From contig CP045477.1 in assembly GCA_009392915.1 (NCBI GenBank), positions 192,001 to 256,000 on the forward strand: a DNA stretch of 64,000 nucleotides. Reading direction: 5' to 3'. Under the pieces are notes generated by a model. That model was not told the DNA's origin, did not search any database, and saw only the letters and a list, made by a program, of their open reading frames with translations. The stretch comes from Candidatus Forterrea multitransposorum CG_2015-17_Forterrea_25_41. Its GTDB lineage: Archaea; Iainarchaeota; Iainarchaeia; Iainarchaeales; CSSED10-239. A program made the position numbers and the translations under genes. Below, in pieces: positions 57,201 through 64,000 of the stretch (positions are counted from its first letter, which is position 1; the number at the start of each line of letters is the position of its first letter).

Positions 57201-58269
57201 CGTTTGTGATGGCTTTGATGTTTCTGGTAAAGAAACTTTAAATGATTATATAAATCAAGCAAATAAAGTTTTAAATGCTGTTCCAGCAGACTTAAAGAAA
57301 ATAACAATCATTAAGACTAAAGGTTTAACTACTAATGGAAATAAAATTGTAACAATTGGTGATTATCAATATACAACTGTTGATTATTTCTTAGAAAATT
57401 ATGATTCTTTTGAGAACAAAGCAATAGTTTATGCAAACATGGATGTATACTTTGGATCTTCTCCTCAAGTATTCAGTTCTAACCTTAAGAAATTTTCTGG
57501 TAGTTCTGAAGATTTAAATAAAAAAATCTTAGCAAACTTTAATAATACTTTAACAAGTAACTATACAATTGAGTATGCTGAGGCTGTAAATATTTCAAAA
57601 CCAGGAACTTATACAACAGTTATTTCTCTTGAAAATATAGATTCTCAAAATAAAAGAAAAATAAATTTAACAATAGGTTCTAAAGTTTCTGAGATTAGTG
57701 AAGAATATAGTAAAAATATTTTATTTACATATCCAATTAATCCTGAATATACAATGAAAGAAAAGAGTGATAAATATAATGCTCCTTTCATTAAGAATAA
57801 AAATTATACTTTAATTGATTATCCTTCAGAAATTATACAAGATGGATATATCTTTAAGTTTGAGGATATGGCAAATTATGATTTTATTGATTCAAGACCA
57901 TTTTATTTCAATAAACCATATAGTTTTAAGATTATTGAAACTAATGAAAATAATACAGAGCTTGATTTAATAGAAAATAAAGCAAGTTTATTCTTACTTA
58001 AAGATAGAACAAATAAAAAGATTAGTTTGTATTCAAAACCACAAATTACAAGTCAAGATACAAAGAATAACACTGTCTTTTTAAAAACAACTACTAATAA
58101 TAATTATATGATATATAATTTACAAATGAATAATGTTTTACCAAAATTAACATATTCATCAATGAAAGATGTATTTAATGAAATTAAAAACGAGAATGTA
58201 TGTTTCAATATAACTGAAGGAACAACTCCTGAACTTATGTTGTGGCATAATCCTGAAAAATTTAAATGA
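51298..58269 (+). CDS. Giant (2323 aa) membrane-anchored surface protein, paralogous N-terminus to neighbours, prealbumin-like repeats, internal N/Q/Y/G-rich low-complexity segment
   Basis: Uninterrupted 7-kb ORF; N-term MGLRSFYFKQEEKYFNFLDRMEKKGINL...EKNGIPTFLVFNIFILLLILFLVYLF; many VxVxDxxxxPIxNAxI...TNxxGxxxF repeats; aa ~1283-1400 N/Y/G/Q-rich. Confidence 0.75.
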   Translation: MGLRSFYFKQEEKYFNFLDRMEKKGINLYKIIDPLEKNGIPTFLVFNIFILLLILFLVYLFVGQTPLTDENYTLTFVNSQDQPISNQAIEILLNNNRKILTTNEFGISEITDVEIKSYDLEISSEKYTLENPLTLDFKENTSHKIFLKSKTSVLSKTIYFKTNNELYNSPLTISNISCSNNSLYTKNNLQTNDGSLTLDDIPTDCGYLEVAIESSTINAVGSLEVSEDSPSGDIDLSFEGVETGSAKIIILDKDLKVPIQNISISILNNQSQIVTSSITNANGIASFEEINVGTYNLLIYDEEERYKPVTENESLELVVYDSVLEEKEVLLEKAFIGKLNYKIIDTQSKEAIENVAVTIYKGNDILKTINSNKEGDVSFGVEENISYKVLFNHPNYIIRTENNQRISESIKQIALTPITNENLRSLVITVVDDFAKPVDFATIRLWDDTEDIILRTITADIYGKAVFTNLDLGKEYRLDATKDQFTSNPTNPFRISEQEITEETIKMSIGEGTFNINLVSEYGEFYQGNVYVYDATNDTLMQDKTTTTNQDGFTIIKIRADKQIYFVIDNLDSKFITPKYSTNANEINTLNFTIPGTVGQTSGIEFLGFYNAEGEKINSVAAGMQVTAKYLLNVTKEYSKAVAHIRTGEVPSPLCSSNTYNVLEDLIFIKDVRYAKSDKIGSLTFTPCNGEGIDFSNKTLRNAKWFNLTLNNPMQGSYLIEADVVVLDTAFANQALNYRAEFYQGSSIIRSPVDSSYSSSTSKQNLYAQAKQVQLFLGTQNQCTSLMCYAFIMTNTQNNLSRNIIDSYKAKLNNDYRLSFSLNVLDGKIAPNSMLVISSGSSVDLDGYSITSGTGSLLVGEDYDGIDLGSLVSNDLITGELAFKVIDDVSDVLDFSIVSNGEVVFSKKIYLEIDPAKEMFVEFVPRKIVPFVSNDLLVVVTDDSNNFISNAIVELSINDRSLTVGSTNQEGLFGHVIPATDLGDVLKIVVKKDDYKTVKTEIVIDDKLITTIPEKIDLTIDSSKSIREVYNFSLYNESYVPLTIVSASAFTDNEFVDLDLGIEENIINGVSQNDISLTATLTDKGINLYNQQTINTEVAIKIKSEEMNKTWVITVPLTVRIVLGNSLDSLECLKVLPLEGTIRAKSQETKTLDFTLENTCTSKNVSVDLGTINAMVDWGNESETGLLSIVVSGKEYILENLTETEILSTLLKKSKTTLQLKFKAHKIVSDVKIPIIYFTSKKGNINGVDEVKTRLPLKTIINDYSECIEIPRETIPALACNWYSGLNNYGNYYGGVNQGGAFNNPYYGGNNFNATYNPNNQFNSRNYYQQGSGYVTQQQGVFNPNYNLVGQTNYTGNQNSVFNPYNFPSSQYQNTFGNYDSYNFTSGYPQGNYGNMGFTNNMNCPTRPFYIKNNCSEAVDIKLDSIYGLTIATDKEFTIEPGDTEEISVLGGESMGTFKIPVNAKASLASNENYSTIGDVLFSLTLPISFMSSNCIQVTPQKLDFSNIIDPNYQLVKVINTCFAQGYRIVEVNYLDLISLDFDGVSFLNVGDMQGRIQPIKVDTLTNTTTNEPMEVWEIALRRNPEIENTKSVKEYMNKYSDYSLAAGVISSFRKILIDVEDAVNLKFSLQVGLQPPTGQASLIYNNIGMELKDNFQWLILDNPDNIGLLKDLFGDEAISDEEISFIDTSVKLTYTLDPNNNAVIINVPEGELAADKFTQIDQDPTSKRCFYGYVKDFPITGIVDTSYIQNSGKYYLNNKYDPLDVSLEFITRNKNIFKLCFERPVESFDNILATNDNYNILDLFKTSKDSLTNQNFEIWRILDTTNKGKYQGSTLIGVKADVSTKEVGSKEEGDSGKTDPSQTTDDSLVCLAPDLSTNLGHTGSNVYSQYGFDKILLDYLPEDITDSSCEDYFCDQEQFYNFLTKKADKLKEVTSNSNYININGIYFEKENNTIKESKVKVDLCANGVCDGFDVSGKETLNDYINQANKVLNAVPADLKKITIIKTKGLTTNGNKIVTIGDYQYTTVDYFLENYDSFENKAIVYANMDVYFGSSPQVFSSNLKKFSGSSEDLNKKILANFNNTLTSNYTIEYAEAVNISKPGTYTTVISLENIDSQNKRKINLTIGSKVSEISEEYSKNILFTYPINPEYTMKEKSDKYNAPFIKNKNYTLIDYPSEIIQDGYIFKFEDMANYDFIDSRPFYFNKPYSFKIIETNENNTELDLIENKASLFLLKDRTNKKISLYSKPQITSQDTKNNTVFLKTTTNNNYMIYNLQMNNVLPKLTYSSMKDVFNEIKNENVCFNITEGTTPELMLWHNPEKFK

Positions 58270-58296
58270 TTTTTATAAACTAAGAGGTTATGAAAT

Positions 58297-61200
58297 ATGG
58301 GACTTAAAAAGTTATACTATAATTTAGAAGATAAATATTACAGTTTTGTTGAAAGAACAGGACTTTATAAGGTTACTGATAAAATAGATAAGGTTATGCC
58401 TTCTTTTATTTTATTTATTCTTTTAATTGTAATATTAATATCTGGACTTGTCTTTTTACTACTTCCTTCTTCTCAAGTAAAAGACGGTGTTGATATTCAG
58501 TTTGAAGTGATTGATGCTGAGTCTGGTGCTCTTCTAGAGGATGTAACTTTAATGCTTACAACAAGTAAAGATATTTCTTCTATAACAACTTCTTCTGAAG
58601 GACTTACAGATTATATTAAAATTCCTAAAAATACCTCTTATCAAATAGATATTGTTGAAGATTCTTATGAAAATTTCAATGATATTTTTTCAACAAAAGA
58701 GTCTTCTGAAACTATAACTATAGCTTTAGAACCTTCTGGTGTTGAACCATTAACTGTTTCATATTCTTTTGATGTTGTTGATTCTAAAACTACTTTAATT
58801 GTAAATTCTACTGGTGCAATTTCTTTTAAATGTATGAACGGATCTTTAGCACCTAATCCAGTTAGAGTTTTAAATGGTAATGTTTCAGTTGAGGCATCTC
58901 CTGAATGTAATCTTGCAATTGATTCAATTTCATTTAATGGTTATTTATCAAAAGATAATATTCCAATAAATGCAATGACTGGAACAATTTCTTTAGAACC
59001 AACAGAAATTAATTTCCAAGATGATACTTATAAAGTTGTAATAAATGTTAAAAATTCATCTAATGAAGCTTTATCAAATATTAAGGTAACTTTTACAAAT
59101 GATTATGGTATAATTGATTCTAAAACAACTTCAAGTAATGGAAATGTAACTTTTGAAGATTTAGATTCTGGAGAATATATTGTAAATTTTTCTGATCAAA
59201 GAGCAACTCCTATATACAGTACTCTTTCAAGAACATATTATATTTCATCTGATATTACAAAATCAGAAACTTTATCTTCTGATGTTTCTGGATATATTTT
59301 TGTAAGAATAATTGGTGAAAATTCAGGTGTTTTAGAAGGAGCTGAAGTAAATTTAAAAACTTCAGAAAATAATACTATTGAAACTAAATTATCTGATGTT
59401 GATGGTGAAGTAATTTTTACAGTTTCTGAAATTAAAGATTATAATGTAGTTGTTGATGCTGAAGGTTATTTAATAACTAGAAAACTTGTTGAAGCAAAAG
59501 AAGTAATGCCAACAAACCCTATTGTTATTCCTTTACCTTTAATAACACCTGCAACTTTAGCTTCTTTAAAGGTACAAGTTACAACTTGGGAAGGAAAGCC
59601 TTTTAAGTTTGCAAAAGTTGTTTTGTATGATGCAGAAACTGGTTTTTTAACAGACTATAAACCAGTTTTAACAAACTATGATGGAAATGCTACAATAAAT
59701 ATTACTTCTGGAAAATATATTGCAAAAGCTATTAAAGGAAGTGTTACTGGTGAGTCATCAGAGTTTGAGTTTAATGTTAAATATCCTGAACTTTCTGGTA
59801 CTGTAACTATTCCAATGGGAATTAGTGAAGGTGTATTGAATGTTTCAGTTGTTGATAATGATGGTAATCCTGTTCCATATGCCATAATAGATTTATATGA
59901 TAGATATAGTTACTATAATTTCACACCAGCAGTTCCTTTAAAAAAGACAACTACAGATTCACAAGGAAATATTGAAATGGTTGTGGATGCTGATATTGAA
60001 TATTATGTTGTTGCAACTGATTTAGATGATGTTTATGGAAAAACACAATCTAGATTTGTTTATGTTGGTGCAGATTCTCAAGAGTCTCTAGAAGTTACTC
60101 TTTATCCAAGAAATAGTTCTACAACAAAACCAAGAATGGTATTTAATGGAATATATAAAGATGACTTAAAAGTTGAAGATAACTTAAAGGCTGGAGAAGA
60201 TTACAAAATCAGATATAATCTTTTAGTTCCTCAAAATAGAACTGGAGATGATGTTTTTGAAGAAATTGGTTTAATGTTAAGAACTGGTTCAACTTCAATG
60301 ATTGAAAATGATTCTTTATTTATTAAATATCTAGATGTTCCATATTTAGATAGTATACAAAAATATACACAATTTAATCTTAATGCACCTCATGAAAATG
60401 AAGGTTATTATGATGAAGATAGTTTAACTGAAGGAAACTTTAAATGGGCAAAAGCAACATTAAAAGAAGGTCCTATTAATTATAATGGTTCTTTTGGTTT
60501 CTATAATGCTTATGAAATTGAAGCAATAATTTCTGTTAAAGACACAGCTGTCTTTGGAGAAGAACTTAAAATATTTAGTTTAGGTTATGGTCTTAATGAA
60601 GATGATGAATATGAAACATATAATTCATATTTAGGACCTAATGAAGAAATTGAATATTATGATGTTTATGATCAAATAACATTTGGTGTTGGAAATGAAC
60701 TTTTCTGTTCTGATGAGTTTTGTTTCTCTTCAACAATTGTTGATGTTTCAGAAGACTTAAGATATGATGTTACAAATAATTTTGCAGCTATGCCAAATAA
60801 AGATTATAAGTATAGTTTTACATTAATTAATAATTCTCTTGAAACTAAATATTTATCTTCTAGATTTATTTTAGAAAATATTGATGAAGGTTTAGATTTT
60901 AAAAATATAAAAATCTATAAACCAGATGGAGAAGTATACACCCAAACAAATACTAATGAAAATGAATTTGATATACCAATAACTTCTTTAGTTTCAAAAC
61001 AAAAAGTAACTGGAGAAATTATTTTTATGCCTAAACTTAAAGGTACAAGAGAGTTATCTATTAAATTTATTTCTGATCAAAAAATAAAATTCATTAATCA
61101 ATTATTCATAGATGTTCTTTCAGATAAAACATTTGAAGTAGAGATTGAACCTTCAATAATTCCTTCTGCAAAGAGTTTCTCACTTGTGATTAATGCTGTT

Positions 61201-63900
61201 GATTCTAAAACAAAAATACCTGTTGAAAATAGAACAATAACAATTAAAGATAAATTTAAAGATACTATTAAAGGACCAATTTCAGTATCTGATTCAGTTG
61301 ATGAAATTGAAATAGGTAATATTCCTGCTCAAGGACCTGGAGATACAATCTATGTTTATATAACAGCTCCTGAGTATGAAACTGTTGTTGAAGAATTAAA
61401 AGCAACTGATAAATTATATAATATTATTCCAAGAAATTTAGCATATTCATTAAATATATTTGATGAAAAACAAAAAACTGAAAACTTTACAATTAATAAT
61501 TTATCTCCAATTGATTTAACTATTGATGAAATGGTTGTAAAAGGAAATGGTCTTGAAGTTGTTGATCTTCACAGAATAAATAATACTTTACTTAATAGTG
61601 TTGGTGTTATTATAAAAGGATTTGATTCAGTTTCAGATCTGCCAGATAACACAGACGCTTCAAAAGAGATTCCATTAACTATTAGTTTAAATCCAAGAGC
61701 TGAAACAATTAGAGAAGTTGTAGATTTATCTTCAACACTTCATATTGTTCTTTCAAATGGAGAAAATCAATGGAAGAGTGAGATTCCAATTAAAATAAAT
61801 ATTGGCTTTGATGGTATGATTGATAATTCTAATTGTTTAACTTTATCTCAAGATCAATGGAATGCTGTTGCTTTAAATAAAGCTGTTGATACAACATTTA
61901 TGGTTTCAAATAAATGTTCTGTAAATGGAACAAATATGCCTCTTTCAAATGGTCTTGAAGCAAGAGTATTATTTGAATCTAATCCTCAAGGTAAATTTAT
62001 TATAAGTCTTGATAATAGATCAATTGAACTTACTCATGGTAACTATAGAAGATTACTTGATACTTTTGATAGAGATAGATCACTTCCAGTAATTTTAAAA
62101 TATGAACCTGCTGGAAGAATGAAAGGAACTGTTAAAGGTACAATTGAGTTTAGATCTGTAAATAACACTGGAAGTGGAGAACAAGAATTAGTTTCATCAA
62201 TTGCATTTGAAATTGATGTTACAAATTTAAAAGATTGTGTTGTGTTTTCAAAGAGTTCTTTAAATGTTGGACAAGTTGATGACGAATTCACAATTGAAAA
62301 TGTTGCTTGTCCTGCAGACATGACTTACAGACTTTCATGTGACAATTGTCAAGGTTTAGTTGTTGAACCAAGAAATAATATTGATGTTCCTGCAAGTGGA
62401 AGTAGTGAAAATATTGTTGTAAGAAACATGGGAGCTACACCTGGTGCTTATGTTTTAAATGTATTTTCAAGTATGAAAGAATTTAGAGGTTCTGAAGAAC
62501 TTATAAAAAGAATAAAAGTATATGTAAGACCAACAGATTATTGTGTTGATCTTGAAAGATATGAGTTTGATCTTTATAGATCTGAATATTCTGAAAGTAC
62601 TGGTCTTGAACTTAATGCAACTTCATATGATACAACAAATTTAATTAATCTTTGTTATGGTCAAGAAGTTGAAGGTACTTTTAGTGTTAAAGAAGATGCT
62701 AAATGGAAGATGGCTTTAACTTCATTTTTAAGAGAAGGTTTGTATACTGGTGGTATTTCTGCTATCTTGCAAGGAAAGTTATTTGCATCAGCTGAAGATA
62801 AGGCAAATAAATTACTTGAAAGTGATGCTATAAAGAATAGCACTGATGAAAATGTAAAATCAGCTGCTGCTGCATTAGCTGCTGCTGTTGCTACTGGTAA
62901 TAAGAAAGATATTAAAGAGAAGACAACTGCTCTTGAGAATGCTGTGAATGATTCTGTTAATCCAACTTCTTCAGAAGCTACACCTGGGGAAACTTCTACT
63001 GGAAATCAAACTTCTTTGATTGATAAATCTAACCAATTAGTTACTGATGTTGAAAAATATTTAGAAGATTACAAGGTTTCTGGAAAAAATATTTATCAAG
63101 AAGTTGGTGACACAAATATAAAAAAATTAATCAATGATTTAAAAGATGCAATAAAAACTAATAAAATTGAAAAAATAGAACCTGCTTATAATGAGCTAAA
63201 ATATGTTTTTGAAGAATTTAAAAATACAAATTCTCCTGTTACTACTCCATCTGCTGGAAGTACTCCACCCGCTCAAACTACTTCCCCCGCTCAAACTTCT
63301 GATACTGATAGTTTAACTGTAAATGATGATGTTGATAATACTTGGAAAAATAGTGTTAATTTAGATATATATAGAGAGTTTGTTTTAGATAATCCTAATA
63401 AACTTGATTTTGAATCTAAATCCTATAAAGCAGAAGATTATTCTAATTGGGATACTTTCAGAGAAAAATACGATAAAAGTGTTATTACACTTAATAAAAA
63501 AATAGAAGATGAATTATTAGTGTCTGCAACAAGTCAAAATGATTTTTCTGAAAAAATAAGAACTGCAAAAGATGAATGGAAAAAAAATGTTAGAATTTTA
63601 ATTGAAGATTTAAAAGCAAAGGAGGAGACATTAACTCCTAATTTAGATGTTCAACAACAAAGACTTCAAATTGCAAGTCAAGCACAAACAGGTGCTAGTT
63701 GTAGTAAAGACGAATTAATCCCTGGAACACAAGAAAATTTATTTAATATTATTGAACCTAATGATAATGGATTTGTATATGTTTGTACAGGAAATGGTCA
63801 TTATAGAGCTTGTGATTTAAATACAAATAAATGGACTCCAATAGCAACTAATTACCCAATTTATGATCATGCAGTAGATACATGTATTGAAATAAATTAA
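58297..63900 (+). CDS. Giant (1867 aa) membrane-anchored surface protein, paralogous N-terminus, prealbumin-like repeats, Ala/Ser/Thr-rich C-terminal region and Cys-containing terminal domain
   Basis: Uninterrupted 5.6-kb ORF starting 27 nt after the previous gene; N-term MGLKKLYYNLEDKYYSFVERTGLYKV...MPSFILFILLIVILISGLVFLLL; repeats such as VVDNDGNPVPYAIIDLYD...TTDSQGNIEMVV. Confidence 0.75.
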   Translation: MGLKKLYYNLEDKYYSFVERTGLYKVTDKIDKVMPSFILFILLIVILISGLVFLLLPSSQVKDGVDIQFEVIDAESGALLEDVTLMLTTSKDISSITTSSEGLTDYIKIPKNTSYQIDIVEDSYENFNDIFSTKESSETITIALEPSGVEPLTVSYSFDVVDSKTTLIVNSTGAISFKCMNGSLAPNPVRVLNGNVSVEASPECNLAIDSISFNGYLSKDNIPINAMTGTISLEPTEINFQDDTYKVVINVKNSSNEALSNIKVTFTNDYGIIDSKTTSSNGNVTFEDLDSGEYIVNFSDQRATPIYSTLSRTYYISSDITKSETLSSDVSGYIFVRIIGENSGVLEGAEVNLKTSENNTIETKLSDVDGEVIFTVSEIKDYNVVVDAEGYLITRKLVEAKEVMPTNPIVIPLPLITPATLASLKVQVTTWEGKPFKFAKVVLYDAETGFLTDYKPVLTNYDGNATINITSGKYIAKAIKGSVTGESSEFEFNVKYPELSGTVTIPMGISEGVLNVSVVDNDGNPVPYAIIDLYDRYSYYNFTPAVPLKKTTTDSQGNIEMVVDADIEYYVVATDLDDVYGKTQSRFVYVGADSQESLEVTLYPRNSSTTKPRMVFNGIYKDDLKVEDNLKAGEDYKIRYNLLVPQNRTGDDVFEEIGLMLRTGSTSMIENDSLFIKYLDVPYLDSIQKYTQFNLNAPHENEGYYDEDSLTEGNFKWAKATLKEGPINYNGSFGFYNAYEIEAIISVKDTAVFGEELKIFSLGYGLNEDDEYETYNSYLGPNEEIEYYDVYDQITFGVGNELFCSDEFCFSSTIVDVSEDLRYDVTNNFAAMPNKDYKYSFTLINNSLETKYLSSRFILENIDEGLDFKNIKIYKPDGEVYTQTNTNENEFDIPITSLVSKQKVTGEIIFMPKLKGTRELSIKFISDQKIKFINQLFIDVLSDKTFEVEIEPSIIPSAKSFSLVINAVDSKTKIPVENRTITIKDKFKDTIKGPISVSDSVDEIEIGNIPAQGPGDTIYVYITAPEYETVVEELKATDKLYNIIPRNLAYSLNIFDEKQKTENFTINNLSPIDLTIDEMVVKGNGLEVVDLHRINNTLLNSVGVIIKGFDSVSDLPDNTDASKEIPLTISLNPRAETIREVVDLSSTLHIVLSNGENQWKSEIPIKINIGFDGMIDNSNCLTLSQDQWNAVALNKAVDTTFMVSNKCSVNGTNMPLSNGLEARVLFESNPQGKFIISLDNRSIELTHGNYRRLLDTFDRDRSLPVILKYEPAGRMKGTVKGTIEFRSVNNTGSGEQELVSSIAFEIDVTNLKDCVVFSKSSLNVGQVDDEFTIENVACPADMTYRLSCDNCQGLVVEPRNNIDVPASGSSENIVVRNMGATPGAYVLNVFSSMKEFRGSEELIKRIKVYVRPTDYCVDLERYEFDLYRSEYSESTGLELNATSYDTTNLINLCYGQEVEGTFSVKEDAKWKMALTSFLREGLYTGGISAILQGKLFASAEDKANKLLESDAIKNSTDENVKSAAAALAAAVATGNKKDIKEKTTALENAVNDSVNPTSSEATPGETSTGNQTSLIDKSNQLVTDVEKYLEDYKVSGKNIYQEVGDTNIKKLINDLKDAIKTNKIEKIEPAYNELKYVFEEFKNTNSPVTTPSAGSTPPAQTTSPAQTSDTDSLTVNDDVDNTWKNSVNLDIYREFVLDNPNKLDFESKSYKAEDYSNWDTFREKYDKSVITLNKKIEDELLVSATSQNDFSEKIRTAKDEWKKNVRILIEDLKAKEETLTPNLDVQQQRLQIASQAQTGASCSKDELIPGTQENLFNIIEPNDNGFVYVCTGNGHYRACDLNTNKWTPIATNYPIYDHAVDTCIEIN

Positions 63901-63937
63901 TTAATTTTTATATTAAAAATAAAAGGTGTAAAAAAAT

Positions 63938-64000
63938 ATGGAAAAAATAAAAAAAAATATTAAATTTTTAGGAATTTTTTTAATAATGGCGCTTATGCTT
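63938..64000 (+). CDS. Start of a secreted/membrane protein (truncated by window end)
   Basis: ATG at 63938 preceded by AAAGGTG; MEKIKKNIKFLGIFLIMALML signal-peptide-like; only 21 codons visible. Confidence 0.3.
   Translation, partial: MEKIKKNIKFLGIFLIMALML

Noticed and set aside
43896-62843. Eight short antisense or alternative-frame ORFs inside the giant genes (43896-44090, 45392-45574, 52097-52300, 55090-55314, 56229-56453, 59676-59885, 62043-62321, 62661-62843)
   Set aside because: Each is 60-92 aa and fully embedded in uninterrupted multi-kb ORFs on the other strand. Their composition is consistent with antisense artefacts.

Overview
This is a very AT-rich genome fragment (about 25-30% GC by eye) that appears to be archaeal, probably from a DPANN-like lineage.

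The main evidence for an archaeal origin:
- Ribosomal protein L44e.
- A form III RuBisCO.
- An XPD/Rad3 helicase with an Fe-S cluster.
- PEP synthase.
- A genomically encoded G-1 on tRNA-His.
- An intron-containing tRNA-Trp(CCA).
- GGTG-type ribosome-binding sites.
- Many proteins beginning with class III (archaeal type IV pilin-like) signal peptides.

Housekeeping genes occupy roughly 6.5-37.7 kb. They include RuBisCO, a GNAT acetyltransferase, Hsp20, a Nudix hydrolase, a SlyD-like FKBP, an MFS transporter, an intein-bearing HerA/FtsK-like ATPase, L44e, XPD, PEP synthase, LemA, HtpX, and five tRNAs.

Two accessory blocks flank this core:
- At 155-6414 (minus strand), an operon of three secreted pilin-signal-peptide proteins. 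It includes a 1102-aa and an 802-aa adhesin-like protein carrying LamG/ConA-like, PKD-like, fibrinogen-C-like and glycine-rich modules.
- At about 39.8-63.9 kb, a co-directional cluster that is the most likely candidate for an undescribed cell-surface system. It runs from a wHTH regulator through three ~75-bp tandem repeats and a small membrane protein to a 2671-aa giant protein, a 559-aa pilin-like protein, a 2323-aa giant protein and a 1867-aa giant protein. The three giant proteins share a conserved N-terminal cytoplasmic motif followed by a single transmembrane helix. Each carries many prealbumin/carboxypeptidase-regulatory-like beta-sandwich repeats, low-complexity regions and Cys-containing C-terminal modules.

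Other notable items:
- An intein with LAGLIDADG motifs splitting the P-loop of the DUF87 ATPase, which is translationally coupled to a polytopic membrane protein.
- A degenerate duplicate of the tRNA-Thr 3' half 1.4 kb downstream of the intact tRNA, a candidate att scar that brackets a DUF4143 ATPase.
- A tRNA-Leu with an unusual A34 anticodon.
- A secreted protein with phage-tail-fibre-type repeats.

All calls rest on reading the sequence and the ORF translations. No database searches were run.
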